Of a stretch of DNA of 64,000 bases, positions 1-14,203 are shown one piece after another. The stretch lies in assembly GCF_001677475.2 (NCBI RefSeq), contig NZ_CP015229.1. The stretch is one strand, 5' to 3'. The notes under the pieces are model-generated. The model did not search any database. It was not told the origin of the DNA and worked only from the letters and a program-made list of their open reading frames with translations. Position 1 is the stretch's first letter, and each line of letters opens with the position of its first letter. This stretch comes from Escherichia coli (GTDB taxonomy: Bacteria; Pseudomonadota; Gammaproteobacteria; Enterobacterales; Enterobacteriaceae). The translations under genes were made by a program, and so were the position numbers.

Positions 1-114
1 GATTACCGGGAAGCCGTATATCGTGAAGATGCCCGGTAAGAGCGATGAAAATGCGCAACCTTTTTTACATACGTTAATTGCGCAGACGGATAAAACAGTG
101 CCTGCGCAATAATC

Positions 115-1026
115 TTAAATCCCTGCCCCCTGGCTAAAATGCTCTTCCCCAAACACCCCGGTAGAAAGGTAGCGATCGCCGCGATCGCAGATGATCGCGA
201 CCACCACCGCGCCGGGGTTAGCTTTTGCCACGCGCAGTGCTCCGGCAACCGCGCCGCCAGAGCTGACGCCACAGAATATTCCTTCCCGCACTGCCAGTTC
301 GCGCATGGTGTTTTCTGCATCGCGCTGATGAATATCCAGCACCTCATCCACCAGCGAAGCGTTGAAAATCCCCGGCAGATATTCCGCAGGCCAGCGGCGA
401 ATGCCGGGAATGCTACTGCCCTCTTCCGGCTGCAGGCCAACAATGGTCACCGGTTTGGATTGTTCGCGCATAAAGCGTGAAACGCCGGTGATAGTGCCGG
501 TTGTTCCCATGCTGGAGACAAAATGGGTAATGCGCCCGCCAGTTTGCTGCCAGATTTCCGGCCCGGTGGTAGTATAATGGGCGTAGGGATTATCAGGATT
601 ATTGAACTGATCGAGCAGCTTTCCTTCACCACGATTCGCCATTTCAAGCGCCAGATCGCGCGCACCTTCCATGCCCTGCTCTTTGGTGACAAGAATCAGT
701 TCCGCACCATAAGCACGCATCGCCGCACGGCGTTCCTGGCTCATGTTGTCGGGCATCAGCAATTTCATGCGATAGCCTTTAAGCGCGGCAATCATTGCCA
801 GCGCAATGCCGGTGTTACCACTGGTGGCTTCGATCAGCACGTCACCCGGTTTAATTTCCCCGCGCTTTTCCGCCTCGACGATCATCGAAAGTGCCGCACG
901 ATCTTTTACCGAACCTGCCGGGTTATTGCCTTCCAGTTTCAACCAGACTTCACTGCCGTTATTCGGCCCCATTCGCTGCAACTTCACCAGAGGCGTATTG
1001 CCAATTGTTTGTTCTAATGTACTCAC
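115..1026 (-). CDS. cysM: Cysteine synthase B (O-acetylserine sulfhydrylase B); GTG start inside the longer six-frame ORF
   Basis: Translation from VSTLEQTIGNTPLVKL matches CysM over the full 303 aa; last gene of the cysPUWAM cluster. Confidence 0.93.
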   Translation of the reverse strand: MSTLEQTIGNTPLVKLQRMGPNNGSEVWLKLEGNNPAGSVKDRAALSMIVEAEKRGEIKPGDVLIEATSGNTGIALAMIAALKGYRMKLLMPDNMSQERRAAMRAYGAELILVTKEQGMEGARDLALEMANRGEGKLLDQFNNPDNPYAHYTTTGPEIWQQTGGRITHFVSSMGTTGTITGVSRFMREQSKPVTIVGLQPEEGSSIPGIRRWPAEYLPGIFNASLVDEVLDIHQRDAENTMRELAVREGIFCGVSSGGAVAGALRVAKANPGAVVVAIICDRGDRYLSTGVFGEEHFSQGAGI

Positions 1027-1049
1027 GATCTCTATCCATACGTGGTGTT

Positions 1050-1088
1050 GCCTGATGCGACGCTTGCGCGTCTTATCAGGCCTACAGG
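1050..1088. repeat. REP (repetitive extragenic palindromic) element
   Basis: gcctgatgcgacg...cgtcttatcaggcctaca matches the enterobacterial REP consensus; lies between cysA and cysM. Confidence 0.65.
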
Positions 1089-1110
1089 TTACAAACCTTG
1101 CCATTAAAAA

Positions 1111-1138
1111 GCCCGGATCGCGGGAAGCGCCTCCGGGC
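1111..1138 (-). terminator. GC-rich hairpin with a U-run after it on the minus strand; possible partial terminator or attenuator between cysA and cysM
   Basis: gcccgga / tccgggc form a 7-bp stem; minus-strand transcript then reads cuuuuuaaugg. Confidence 0.35.
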
Positions 1139-1159
1139 GTTTAACATTCACTCAACCTA

Positions 1160-2257
1160 TCAGGCGCTTTGTGCGAGAGCAAGTTCCTCATCGCGGGTTT
1201 CAATACGCTCGTCGCCGTTATACAGCCGCGCATGTTGCAGACCAACGAATAAACGCTCGCCACGTTGCGGGGCGTCGTCGCCGTGCATCACGACCGTCAG
1301 CGCTTCGTTGTACCACCCCAGCGGCTGCACGACTAATTGGGTGTAGTGGCCTTTCGGGCTGGCTTCCAGTACCTGTACCGGCAGCGGCGAATCGAGGCTG
1401 GTACGGCGGCTGATATCCACTTCCCACGGACGCAGGAAGAGATCCACCGGCCCCTGATACGCAGGTGTATAGCCCAGCGGCCAGCGATGTGCGCCAACAT
1501 GGAACTGCCCGCCGCGAATGGTTCCCTGCAGGCGGTTCACTTCGCCCATAAATTCGAGTACAAAACGGGTCGCTGGTTCGCGCCATACCTGGTCCGGTGC
1601 ATCAGCCTGCTCGATATTGCCCTGGCTCATCACCACTACACGATCGGCTACTTCGGTCGCTTCTTCCTGGTCATGGGTCACAAACACGCTGGTGAATTTC
1701 AGCTCTTCATGTAACTGACGCAGCCAGCGACGCAGCTCTTTACGCACCTGCGCATCCAGCGCGCCAAACGGTTCATCAAGCAGCAGAATTTGCGGTTCTA
1801 CAGCCAGCGCGCGCGCCAGCGCTACACGCTGTTTCTGGCCGCCGGAAAGCTGCGCCGGATAACGATCCGCCAGATGGGCAAGCTGCACCATCTCCAGCAA
1901 TTTTGTCACTTTCGCTTTGATCGCCGCGGCATTCGGGCGCTCGCGACGCGGCAGCACCGTCAGGCCAAAAGCGATATTGTCGAACACCGTCATATGACGG
2001 AATAGCGCGTAATGCTGGAACACGAAACCGACTTTACGGTCCCTCGCGTGCAGACGGCTGACATCGGTACCGTGAAAGCGAATTTGTCCGCTGGTTTGAT
2101 GCTCCAGCCCGGCAATAATGCGCAGCAGCGTGGTTTTCCCGGAACCGGACGGCCCCAGCAACGCGACCATCTGACCAGAAGGAATATCCAGTGAGATATC
2201 GTTCAGCACCTGGGTGCGACCAAACGACTTCTTAATATTGGCAATCTCAATGCTCAT
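1160..2257 (-). CDS. cysA: Sulfate/thiosulfate ABC transporter ATP-binding protein
   Basis: 365 aa with Walker [10 protein letters not shown] and ABC signature LSGGQKQR; matches CysA and its operon position. Confidence 0.95.
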   Translation of the reverse strand: MSIEIANIKKSFGRTQVLNDISLDIPSGQMVALLGPSGSGKTTLLRIIAGLEHQTSGQIRFHGTDVSRLHARDRKVGFVFQHYALFRHMTVFDNIAFGLTVLPRRERPNAAAIKAKVTKLLEMVQLAHLADRYPAQLSGGQKQRVALARALAVEPQILLLDEPFGALDAQVRKELRRWLRQLHEELKFTSVFVTHDQEEATEVADRVVVMSQGNIEQADAPDQVWREPATRFVLEFMGEVNRLQGTIRGGQFHVGAHRWPLGYTPAYQGPVDLFLRPWEVDISRRTSLDSPLPVQVLEASPKGHYTQLVVQPLGWYNEALTVVMHGDDAPQRGERLFVGLQHARLYNGDERIETRDEELALAQSA

Positions 2258-3122
2258 GATGCTCCTCCTGCTGCGCGCGTTTTTCCTGATTCTCCAGGCG
2301 CCACTGCAACATACTCTTTAAAAACAAGGTGATAATCGCCATCAGCGTCAACAGCGCGGCGGCGGTAAAGGAGCCGACGGTGTTGTAGTCCTGCTCCAGC
2401 AATTCAATCTGTAACGGCAGCGACAGGGTTTCACCGCGAATCGAGCCGGAAACCACCGATACCGCGCCAAACTCGCCAATCGCGCGGGCGTTGGTCAGCA
2501 CCACGCCGTAAAGCAGCGCCCAGCGAATATTCGGTAATGTGACGCGACGGAACATCTGCCAGCCGGACGCGCCAAGCAAAATCGCCGCTTCGTCCTCCTG
2601 GCTGCCCTGGCTTAACATCACCGGCACCAGCTCGCGCACCACAAATGGACACGTCACGAAGATGGTGACCAGCACCATTCCCGGCCACGAGAACATAATT
2701 TGCAGGTTATGCTCGTCGAGCCAACCGCCCAGCGGGCCATTAGAGCCGTAGAACAGCAGATACACCAGACCGGCAACCACCGGCGATACGGCAAACGGAA
2801 TGTCCAGTAGCGTCAGCAGTAACTGGCGTCCAGGGAAGTTAAAGCGCGTCACCAGCCAGGCCAGCAGAATGCCGAACACCAGGTTCACCGGCACGGCAAT
2901 CAGCGCAATCATCACCGTCAGCCAGATGGCGTGCAGCATGTCCGGGTCAGCCAGATTCTGTATAACTGGCATCAGCCCTTTGCTGAACGCCTGTATGAAG
3001 ATATAAATCATCGGCACCAGCAGGATGAACGCCGATACCAGCATCCCGATGCCAATCAGAAACCATTTGCCCCAGTTAATCGGGCGCGCGTCATAACGCT
3101 TCAATTGTGTCACTTCCGCCAT
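2247..3122 (-). CDS. cysW: Sulfate/thiosulfate ABC transporter permease
   Basis: 291-aa polytopic membrane protein; position and sequence match CysW; overlaps cysA start by 11 nt. Confidence 0.93.
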   Translation of the reverse strand: MAEVTQLKRYDARPINWGKWFLIGIGMLVSAFILLVPMIYIFIQAFSKGLMPVIQNLADPDMLHAIWLTVMIALIAVPVNLVFGILLAWLVTRFNFPGRQLLLTLLDIPFAVSPVVAGLVYLLFYGSNGPLGGWLDEHNLQIMFSWPGMVLVTIFVTCPFVVRELVPVMLSQGSQEDEAAILLGASGWQMFRRVTLPNIRWALLYGVVLTNARAIGEFGAVSVVSGSIRGETLSLPLQIELLEQDYNTVGSFTAAALLTLMAIITLFLKSMLQWRLENQEKRAQQEEHHEH

Positions 3123-3955
3123 TAATGACCTACCACACGCCGACCAAAGCGACTTTGCAGAGTGTTAATTGAGAACAGCAGCATCAGGGATGCCGCGAGG
3201 ATCACCGAAGCAATCGCGCTCGCCGCCGGGTAATCAAACTCCTGCAAGCGCACAAAAATCATCAGCGACGTAACTTCCGTCTTCCAGGCGATGTTCCCGG
3301 CGATAAATATCACCGCGCCAAACTCACCAAGACTACGGGTAAACGACAGCGCAATACCGGCAATCAGCGCCGGAGAGAGTTCTGGCAGCACCACTTTGCA
3401 GAAGCTCTGCCAGCGCGTTGCACCGAGCGTTTCTGCCGCTTCTTCATATTCCGGCCCTAACTCTTCCAGCACCGGCTGCACGGTACGCACTACAAACGGA
3501 ATGCTGGTAAAGGCCATCGCCACCGCAATCCCCAGCCAGGTATAGGTGACTTTGATATCAAACTTCGCCAGCCATTCACCGTAAAAACCGTTCACGGAAA
3601 AGAGCGAGGCCAGCGTTAAACCGGCCACTGCCGTTGGCAGCGCAAAGGGTAAATCCATCAGCGCATCAAGCAGCGTGCGGCCAGGGAAGCGATAACGGGT
3701 TAAGATCCACGCCATCAGCAGGCCGAAAACACCGTTAAAAATCGACGCGACAAACGCCGACAGCAGCGTCACTTTATAGGCCGCGACCACCTGCGGATTG
3801 GTGATCACCTCCCAGTACTGCGCCCAGCTCATCTCAGAAAGCTGCATCACCAGCGCGGAGAGCGGCAGTAACAAAATCAGGCACACAAACAGCAGACTGG
3901 TGCCGAGGCTCAGGGTAAAGCCCGGCAACACGCGTCGTGAAGAAACTGCAAACAT
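3122..3955 (-). CDS. cysU: Sulfate/thiosulfate ABC transporter permease
   Basis: 277-aa membrane protein matching CysU (CysT); stop/start overlaps with cysW and cysP. Confidence 0.93.
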   Translation of the reverse strand: MFAVSSRRVLPGFTLSLGTSLLFVCLILLLPLSALVMQLSEMSWAQYWEVITNPQVVAAYKVTLLSAFVASIFNGVFGLLMAWILTRYRFPGRTLLDALMDLPFALPTAVAGLTLASLFSVNGFYGEWLAKFDIKVTYTWLGIAVAMAFTSIPFVVRTVQPVLEELGPEYEEAAETLGATRWQSFCKVVLPELSPALIAGIALSFTRSLGEFGAVIFIAGNIAWKTEVTSLMIFVRLQEFDYPAASAIASVILAASLMLLFSINTLQSRFGRRVVGH

Positions 3956-4971
3956 TACTTACGCCCCGCCGCTAACAGCTTGTCTAACTCGCCGCCGCTG
4001 GTGAAGTGGGTTTTCATCACTTCCGGCCAGGAGCCAAATTTGTCTTCCACGCGGAACAGATCGGTCTGCGGGAATTTGTCTTTCAGTTTGTCCATGACTT
4101 CCGGGTTATTTACGCGGTAGTAATAGTCGGTGATGATGGTTTGCGCCTGCGGGCTGTAGAGCCAGTTCAGGTAGGCTTTTGCTGCTTTTTCCGTACCGTT
4201 GGCCTGCACGTTTTTATCGACCCACGCCACCGGGAATTCCGCCAGAATGTTGGTTTTCGGAATCACCACTTCAAAGCCCTGCGCTTCATACTGTTTACGG
4301 ATGTTGTTCACTTCCGACTCGAAGCTGATCAGCACATCGCCCAGGCCGCGCTCGGCAAAAGTGGTGGTCGCGCCACGACCGCCGGTATCGAACACTTCAA
4401 CGTTTTTCAGGAACTGGGTCATAAACTGTTCGGTTTTGGCTTTATCGCCACCGTCAGCTTGATCCGCTACGCCCCATGCCGCCAGATAGGTATAACGCGC
4501 GTTACCCGACGTTTTCGGGTTCGGGAAAATCAGCTTCACGTCGGAGCGCACCAGGTCGTTCCAGTCGTGGATATTCTTCGGGTTGCCCTTACGCACCAGG
4601 AAGCCCATGGTGGAGTAGAACGGCGAGCTATTATTCGGCAGGCGCGACTGCCAGTCTGCCGGGATCAGCTTGCCTTTGTCATGCAGGATCTGTACGTCAG
4701 TCACCTGGTTATAAGTGACAACGTCGGCTTTTAAGCCCTGCAAAATTGCCAGCGCCTGTTTTGATGACCCGGCATGAGATTGTTTTATCGTCAGTTTGTC
4801 GCCGCCGTTATCTTTTGCCCACTGCTGTTCAAACGGGATATTCAGGGCGGCAAACAGCTCGCGGGAGACGTCATAAGAACTGTTCAGCAGTTCCGTTGCC
4901 TGTACATGGCCCGCCAGCAGCAGAGAAGCGACCAGCGCGAGTGAGTTCTTTTTCAGTAAGTTAACGGCCAT
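3955..4971 (-). CDS. cysP: Periplasmic thiosulfate-binding protein
   Basis: 338 aa with N-terminal signal peptide; matches CysP; first gene of the operon. Confidence 0.93.
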   Translation of the reverse strand: MAVNLLKKNSLALVASLLLAGHVQATELLNSSYDVSRELFAALNIPFEQQWAKDNGGDKLTIKQSHAGSSKQALAILQGLKADVVTYNQVTDVQILHDKGKLIPADWQSRLPNNSSPFYSTMGFLVRKGNPKNIHDWNDLVRSDVKLIFPNPKTSGNARYTYLAAWGVADQADGGDKAKTEQFMTQFLKNVEVFDTGGRGATTTFAERGLGDVLISFESEVNNIRKQYEAQGFEVVIPKTNILAEFPVAWVDKNVQANGTEKAAKAYLNWLYSPQAQTIITDYYYRVNNPEVMDKLKDKFPQTDLFRVEDKFGSWPEVMKTHFTSGGELDKLLAAGRK

Positions 4972-5120
4972 TGCGCACCCTTATAAATTTAATGACTTTC
5001 TAATAGTCATCATATTTATAACGGACGTGAAAGGAGTAACGGTTTTATATACCGTTTGGTGATTTGGAAGTTGAAAAGGGAATAAGAACTTGGTTCAACA
5101 GGCGTAATTGTTGCAGTCAG
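4972..5120 (-). promoter_or_regulatory. cysP promoter region (CysB-activated in E. coli)
   Basis: AT-rich region directly upstream of the first operon gene; assignment is from established cys-regulon knowledge, individual sites not mapped here. Confidence 0.4.
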
Positions 5121-5274
5121 TTTGGACACGGACAGCGCGGAGAAACCGGAGCGTACACATAGTACGTGAGGATTTCGAGCACTGCCCGGGGCAAAAATGA
5201 CAAATAAAATAGCCTGGTGAACTTAGTTCAAGACGAAATCCTCCCCACACATGCAGGGAGGAAACAGAGGTGAA

Positions 5275-6066
5275 TCAGATGCCGACGCTAACCGTCTCCG
5301 GCAGTGTGCTGCCGCCATCAATCACATTCTGTGTACCGGTTAAATAACTTGATTCATCCGATGCGAGGAAGGCTGCCAGTTCGCCGACTTCCAGCGGATC
5401 GGCGAGGCGACGCATCGGGATTGCTTTTGCCATTTCAGTCAGCACCGATTCTGGATCTTCCGGGTTCGACTGGCGGGCAATGCTTTCCGCCATTGGCGTG
5501 CGAACGTATCCCGGGCAGATGGCGTTAACGCGAATACCAGACTGCGCGTACTCCACCGCCAGCGATTTAGTCAGGCCAACAATCGCCGCTTTCGTTAAGG
5601 CGTACGCCGTTTCACCCGGATCGGCCACCATATCGCCAGTGACCGAAGACATCATCACAATGCGACCATCTTTGCGGGCAATCATCTCCGGCAGCACCGC
5701 CTTCGTGACGTTCCATACGCCTTTAATATTGATATCAATATGGAAATCGCGATCTTCATCGCTCATATCGAGGAAACTGCCCAGACGACAAACGCCTGCG
5801 TTATTCACCAGGATATCAATGCGCCCTTCTTTTTCCTTCGCGCGCTTGATAGCTGCGGCTACCGACGCCGGGTCACGCACATCGGCGACAACCGCCGTAC
5901 AGCGATGACCACGACCACACAGTTCGTCCGCCAGTTTTTCGATCTCAGGGGAGATATCCAGCAAGATTAGGTTTGCGCCATGACGCGCAAAAGTTCTGGC
6001 AATTCCTTCGCCAATTCCCTGCAATGCGCCCGTAATCAGTGCTGTCTTGCCCGTGAGTTTACCCAT
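5275..6066 (-). CDS. ucpA: Short-chain dehydrogenase/reductase family oxidoreductase
   Basis: Translation from MGKLTGKTALITGA has the SDR glycine-rich NAD(P)-binding motif; 263 aa matches UcpA. Confidence 0.9.
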   Translation of the reverse strand: MGKLTGKTALITGALQGIGEGIARTFARHGANLILLDISPEIEKLADELCGRGHRCTAVVADVRDPASVAAAIKRAKEKEGRIDILVNNAGVCRLGSFLDMSDEDRDFHIDINIKGVWNVTKAVLPEMIARKDGRIVMMSSVTGDMVADPGETAYALTKAAIVGLTKSLAVEYAQSGIRVNAICPGYVRTPMAESIARQSNPEDPESVLTEMAKAIPMRRLADPLEVGELAAFLASDESSYLTGTQNVIDGGSTLPETVSVGI

Positions 6067-6194
6067 TTTAATGCTCTCCTTGTTAATACAGAGCGTTACA
6101 CTCCATTCCCTCTGAAAATACAGGATAAACAAAATATTGCTGCGGATCAGCTCACTAATTCAGGAAAATCTCAATTCAGTCGCTGCTTTATGCA

Positions 6195-7052
6195 TCATTT
6201 CAGGCGTTGCGTTAGCTCACTGCTGCGCTCAATCATTTTCAATGACTCCACATCATTGAGTTGCACAAGGCCAACAAACAGTAAATCGGTAACAGAATTT
6301 TGCGCCGTGCGGGTGGACATCGACGAGCTGCGCCATTCGGTTTCGCCAGAAACGGTATCGAGGGTGAAATGCGCCAGCCGCCGCAGCGGGGAATCGGTTA
6401 ACGAGGTAATGGCAATCACCGTTGCCCCCTGCTTTCGCGCTGCCTCGGCGCACAGCACAATCTCTTTTTTACTGCCGCTGTAAGAGATAGCGATTTGTAC
6501 ATCGCCTTTTTTTAGCGCCTGGGAAACGGTGGCTTGTACATGTGTGTCGGCTTCGCAGGCCACGCGATAGCCAATTTTCATCAGTTTGAATGAAAGATCG
6601 CGCCCCACCAGCGCCGACCCGCCCAGGCCCGTTATCTGGATAAACGGTGCTTTACTGATGACCTCAATGATTTTTTGCAGCCGCGCGTAGTCGAACAACG
6701 CGCAGGTTTGCTCCAGCGCCAGTTCTTTTTCGCGATTCAGTTTGCGGGCAATCACTTCCAGCGAATCATCACTGGTAATCGAACTGTGCAGGTGCAGCGC
6801 CGTGGCATTCGTTTTCTCCCGGCTGGCACTGTATTCGCCAATTAACGCCATACGCAATTCAGTAAATCCTTGCGCGCCGAGCTTCTGGGCAAACTTCACA
6901 ATACTCGACTGACTGATGCCGAGCTGTTTCGCCATCTTGCGCGAAGAAACGGATTTCAGCTCACTCACGTTGTCCTGCAGAAAGTCAGCAATTTTTTGCT
7001 CGTTCTCGGTAAATTCACTTTCCGCATTGCGTATTTTCGTCAGGTACAACAT
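6195..7052 (-). CDS. murR: RpiR-family transcriptional regulator of MurNAc catabolism
   Basis: Translation from [14 protein letters not shown] (285 aa) matches MurR; divergent from murQP. Confidence 0.9.
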   Translation of the reverse strand: MLYLTKIRNAESEFTENEQKIADFLQDNVSELKSVSSRKMAKQLGISQSSIVKFAQKLGAQGFTELRMALIGEYSASREKTNATALHLHSSITSDDSLEVIARKLNREKELALEQTCALFDYARLQKIIEVISKAPFIQITGLGGSALVGRDLSFKLMKIGYRVACEADTHVQATVSQALKKGDVQIAISYSGSKKEIVLCAEAARKQGATVIAITSLTDSPLRRLAHFTLDTVSGETEWRSSSMSTRTAQNSVTDLLFVGLVQLNDVESLKMIERSSELTQRLK

Positions 7053-7215
7053 CTTCCACTCTCCTGGGCTGGCAGCAAAAATTCCGCTTAAGTTCTTATG
7101 ACGCTCTTCACACTCTGCGAGTGTAGACTCAATGATTCCTTTAAGTCTGTCAATTCGGGATATATGATTCCATACATCTGCAATTATTTGATCGTAAATA
7201 GTAAGGTCACCACCG
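7053..7215. promoter_or_regulatory. murR-murQ divergent promoter/operator region
   Basis: 163-bp region between divergent start codons; holds inverted repeat ACACTC-tgc-GAGTGT at 7110-7124. Confidence 0.45.
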
Positions 7216-8112
7216 ATGCAACTTGAAAAGATGATTACCGAAGGCTCGAACGCCGCCTCGGCTGAAATTGACCGCGTATCAACGCTGGAAATGTGCCGGA
7301 TTATCAACGATGAAGATAAAACCGTGCCGCTTGCCGTTGAGCGCGTACTGCCGGATATCGCCGCAGCGATCGATGTTATCCACGCCCAGGTAAGCGGCGG
7401 CGGGCGTCTGATTTATCTCGGTGCGGGAACATCAGGTCGTCTGGGGATTCTGGATGCCAGCGAATGTCCGCCGACCTACGGCGTGAAACCGGGCCTGGTA
7501 GTTGGTTTGATTGCTGGCGGCGAATATGCTATTCAGCACGCGGTGGAAGGCGCGGAAGATAGCCGGGAAGGTGGTATTAATGATCTGAAAAATATCGGCT
7601 TAACCGCGCAGGATGTGGTGGTTGGTATTGCGGCCAGCGGACGCACGCCGTATGTGATTGCCGGACTGGAATACGCACGCCAGCTTGGCTGCCGCACAGT
7701 GGGAATTTCCTGTAATCCCGGGAGCGCTGTTTCAACTACCGCAGAGTTTGCCATTACGCCGGTAGTTGGGGCCGAAGTGGTCACTGGTTCTTCTCGAATG
7801 AAAGCAGGTACGGCGCAGAAACTGGTGCTCAACATGCTCTCCACCGGGCTGATGATTAAATCCGGCAAAGTGTTCGGCAACCTGATGGTCGATGTGGTCG
7901 CCACCAACGAAAAACTGCATGTGCGCCAGGTCAATATCGTTAAAAACGCCACCGGATGTAATACCGAACAAGCAGAAGCGGCGTTAATTGCCTGCGAACG
8001 CAACTGTAAAACTGCCATTGTGATGGTGCTGAAAAATCTCGATGCCGCAGAAGCTAAAAAACGCCTGGATCAACACGGCGGCTTTATTCGTCAGGTTTTA
8101 GACAAGGAATAA
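7216..8112 (+). CDS. murQ: N-acetylmuramic acid 6-phosphate etherase
   Basis: 298 aa SIS-domain protein matching MurQ. Confidence 0.95.
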   Translation: MQLEKMITEGSNAASAEIDRVSTLEMCRIINDEDKTVPLAVERVLPDIAAAIDVIHAQVSGGGRLIYLGAGTSGRLGILDASECPPTYGVKPGLVVGLIAGGEYAIQHAVEGAEDSREGGINDLKNIGLTAQDVVVGIAASGRTPYVIAGLEYARQLGCRTVGISCNPGSAVSTTAEFAITPVVGAEVVTGSSRMKAGTAQKLVLNMLSTGLMIKSGKVFGNLMVDVVATNEKLHVRQVNIVKNATGCNTEQAEAALIACERNCKTAIVMVLKNLDAAEAKKRLDQHGGFIRQVLDKE

Positions 8113-8115
8113 CCC

Positions 8116-9540
<1,425 letters not shown>

Positions 9541-9543
9541 TAT

Positions 9544-9633
9544 CATGAAACGGACAATGCTCTATCTTTCTCTGCTGGCTGTTAGCTGCAGCGTCAGCGC
9601 CGCAAAATACCCTGTTCTGACAGAAGGTAGTTG
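9544..9633 (+). pseudogene. 29-codon ORF with signal-peptide-like N-terminus; possible remnant of yfeW (PBP4B)
   Basis: MKRTMLYLSLLAVSCSVSAAKYPVLTEGS then stop, in the slot where K-12 (from memory) carries yfeW; only 179 bp separate murP and yfeX. Confidence 0.3.
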
Positions 9634-9663
9634 ATCAAGTATATGCGGCGTTAAAGCAGTAAT

Positions 9664-9700
9664 AAAAAGGCCAGTCAGTAATGTTACTGCCTGGCCTTTA
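9664..9700 (-). terminator. Rho-independent terminator downstream of yfeX (may also serve murP)
   Basis: aaaggccag...ctggccttt 9-bp stem with inner cagtaa/ttactg stem; U-run follows on the minus strand. Confidence 0.65.
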
Positions 9701-9719
9701 ATCAATGAATCAGAAACGC

Positions 9720-10703
<984 letters not shown>

Positions 10704-10714
10704 TCAGACGCAAA

Positions 10715-11290
10715 TTAACGCCGCCAGATAATTTTACTGACTTTCCAGTTTTTCAGGGTATCGTCAGAAGGCATTAACCCTTCAGGACCACTCCATTCCC
10801 CGCTGAACTGGTAGCTAATATGTTGACTGCCTTCGGCTTTACATTCGACGGCACGATTATCATCACTGTCGGCCTTTTGGCAATTGCCAAATGCTTTGCT
10901 GTAAAGGTCGCTAAACGGTGTACCGATTTTAACACCGGTGTCAGCAGCAATATCGCTATCCAGCACATCAATGCGGCTGATCGTGCCTTGATCGCCGTTA
11001 ATCACCATCGCCACGTTGTCGCCTTTCATCACTTCAAAAAAGCGCACCACGTTGCCGTTCGCGGTTTTCATTCCGCTGCGCAGGCGATAATCGCCATCAA
11101 GCGCATCGGCAATGGCTTGTTCTTGCAGTGGTGTGGACGCCGTTAATTCACCCACGCCCTGCTCGCTCACTTTGGTGGACGAACCAAACCAGTTCCACGG
11201 GTTAGCGGCAGACCAGTTAACTGACGACATCGTGGAACAGCCGGCCAGCATCAACGGCATAGCGCATAACATTAAACGCAGCGATTTCAT
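10715..11290 (-). CDS. yfeY: Lipoprotein of unknown function
   Basis: 191 aa with lipobox LAGC; matches YfeY. Confidence 0.9.
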   Translation of the reverse strand: MKSLRLMLCAMPLMLAGCSTMSSVNWSAANPWNWFGSSTKVSEQGVGELTASTPLQEQAIADALDGDYRLRSGMKTANGNVVRFFEVMKGDNVAMVINGDQGTISRIDVLDSDIAADTGVKIGTPFSDLYSKAFGNCQKADSDDNRAVECKAEGSQHISYQFSGEWSGPEGLMPSDDTLKNWKVSKIIWRR

Positions 11291-11350
11291 GTCACTTCCT
11301 TTGGTTATTCAATAACGTTGCTTGGAGTGCAAATTCACCAAAAAGTGCCG

Positions 11351-11800
11351 TTATTCTTTTTCTTCATTAAAACAAGCGCGTAAACGTCGATTGGTCAGCA
11401 GCCAGATTAACGCCACAATATCCGCCACTACCAGCGCCAGACCGATACCGCTAACGGATTCACCGTTCAGCCACAGCCACGGTTGCCAGCAAAGTAAAAC
11501 CACTTGCGCTAACAGCAACAGAAAATAGAGCCCATGCCAGGTGCGAGGAAACGTAGCCCGCCGACCGCTCAACAAAAACGCCAGCACCGCCGGAATGCCA
11601 GGAATCAGCCCCAGCCAGAAATTATCGTGATCGGGATAAAACAGATTTAGCAGCGCAGTACCCTGCTCGCGCGACGCACCGGCAATGACAAACAGCACCC
11701 AGGTTCGCGCCTGAAGCAATAGCACAAGCCAGAAGAGCAAGGGTAAACGCAGGCGACCGTGCGCATCATAATGGACAGGATGAAACTCAGTACTCTTCAT
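11351..11800 (-). CDS. yfeZ: Inner membrane protein of unknown function
   Basis: 149 aa from [15 protein letters not shown], hydrophobic segments; matches YfeZ. Confidence 0.88.
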
Positions 11801-12212
11801 CTTCAATCAAACGCTTACCCAGACTCAGCACGTCGGCGTGTTCATATCCCAGGCGTTCATACATTCCGAGCACCATGTCGTTATCTTCCGGCACATTGAT
11901 CTGAATTTTCGGGCAGCCGCGAGCAATCAGCTTTTTCTCCAGCCGGTTAAGCAACGCATTGGCAATCCCACGCCCACGAAACTCAGGATGCACGCCAAGA
12001 TAATAAGCAGACCCGCGATGCCCGTCATAACCGCCCATCACCGTTCCGACCACTTCACCGTTCACCTCAGCGACCAGAAACAAACTGACGTCATGGTTCA
12101 TCTTACGCTCGATGTCCATTTCCGGATCGTTCCACGGACGCAGCAAGTCGCAACGCTCCCAAAGGGTGATTACCTCTTCGAAATCTTCCTGGCGAAATAC
12201 GCGTATCTCCAT
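11787..12212 (-). CDS. ypeA: GNAT-family acetyltransferase
   Basis: 141 aa from [14 protein letters not shown] matches YpeA; overlaps yfeZ start by 14 nt. Confidence 0.9.
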
Positions 12213-12425
12213 GGTATTCGTTACCTTTTTGCGGGTTAAAAGGCTGATTATGGCGTGAACGGTCGAATTAGCCAATATCTGACGAAAATCGGTTGAAAAA
12301 GTGGCATAATGGGGAGTTGTCAACTATTGAAATGAAAAGTAAAACAATTCTCAACAGCAAACCGTCGTAACGGATTACGCGATACGATATAACATCTGGA
12401 ACTTTATTATTACAACTCAGGCCGT

Positions 12426-13295
12426 ATGAGCACTTTTAAACCACTAAAAACACTCACTTCGCGCCGCCAGGTGCTGAAAGCCGGTTTGGCTGCCCTGACG
12501 TTGTCAGGAATGTCGCAAGCCATCGCCAAAGACGAACCTTTAAAAACCAGCAACGGACACAGCAAGCCGAAAGCCAAAAAATCTGGCAGCAAACGTGTCG
12601 TTGTTCTCGATCCAGGCCACGGTGGGATCGATACCGGAGCGATCGGACGCAACGGTTCGAAAGAAAAACATGTGGTGCTGGCGATTGCTAAAAACGTCCG
12701 TTCCATTTTGCGTAATCATGGGATTGATGCGCGTTTAACGCGTTCTGGCGATACGTTTATCCCACTTTACGATCGCGTTGAAATCGCCCATAAACATGGC
12801 GCAGATCTGTTTATGTCAATTCATGCCGATGGCTTTACCAACCCGAAAGCTGCCGGTGCTTCGGTATTTGCCCTCTCTAACCGTGGGGCAAGTAGCGCAA
12901 TGGCGAAATACCTGTCTGAACGCGAAAACCGCGCCGATGAAGTTGCCGGTAAAAAGGCGACTGACAAGGATCACCTATTGCAGCAAGTGCTGTTTGATCT
13001 GGTGCAAACCGATACTATTAAAAACAGCCTGACGCTTGGCTCGCATATTCTGAAAAAGATTAAGCCGGTGCATAAACTGCACAGCCGCAACACCGAACAA
13101 GCCGCGTTTGTGGTGTTGAAATCGCCGTCGGTTCCTTCGGTGCTGGTGGAAACCTCGTTTATCACCAACCCGGAAGAAGAGCGACTGTTAGGCACGGCGG
13201 CGTTTCGTCAGAAAATCGCCACAGCGATTGCTGAAGGCGTGATCAGTTATTTCCACTGGTTCGACAACCAGAAAGCACATTCGAAAAAGCGATAA
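12426..13295 (+). CDS. amiA: N-acetylmuramoyl-L-alanine amidase A
   Basis: 289 aa with Tat-type signal (SRRQVLK) and amidase_3 domain; matches AmiA. Confidence 0.95.
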   Translation: MSTFKPLKTLTSRRQVLKAGLAALTLSGMSQAIAKDEPLKTSNGHSKPKAKKSGSKRVVVLDPGHGGIDTGAIGRNGSKEKHVVLAIAKNVRSILRNHGIDARLTRSGDTFIPLYDRVEIAHKHGADLFMSIHADGFTNPKAAGASVFALSNRGASSAMAKYLSERENRADEVAGKKATDKDHLLQQVLFDLVQTDTIKNSLTLGSHILKKIKPVHKLHSRNTEQAAFVVLKSPSVPSVLVETSFITNPEEERLLGTAAFRQKIATAIAEGVISYFHWFDNQKAHSKKR

Positions 13296-14198
<903 letters not shown>

Positions 14199-14203
14199 CT
14201 CCC

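Noticed and set aside
1-39. Possible 3' end of a convergent upstream gene on the plus strand (frame 1 reads ...[12 protein letters not shown] then a stop)
   Set aside because: Only 13 codons are visible at the window edge, too short to confirm a reading frame or identity.
78-109. ttgcgcag...ctgcgcaa inverted repeat downstream of cysM
   Set aside because: An 8-bp stem with a 16-nt loop and no clear U-run on the minus strand; too weak to call as the cysM terminator with confidence.
3-443. 146-aa minus-strand ORF overlapping the 3' part of cysM
   Set aside because: Out of frame with and overlapping cysM; no recognisable homology; the cysM frame accounts for the sequence.
5980-6483. 167-aa plus-strand ORF spanning the ucpA start and murR end
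   Set aside because: Overlaps two well-supported minus-strand genes and their intergenic spacer; no recognisable features.
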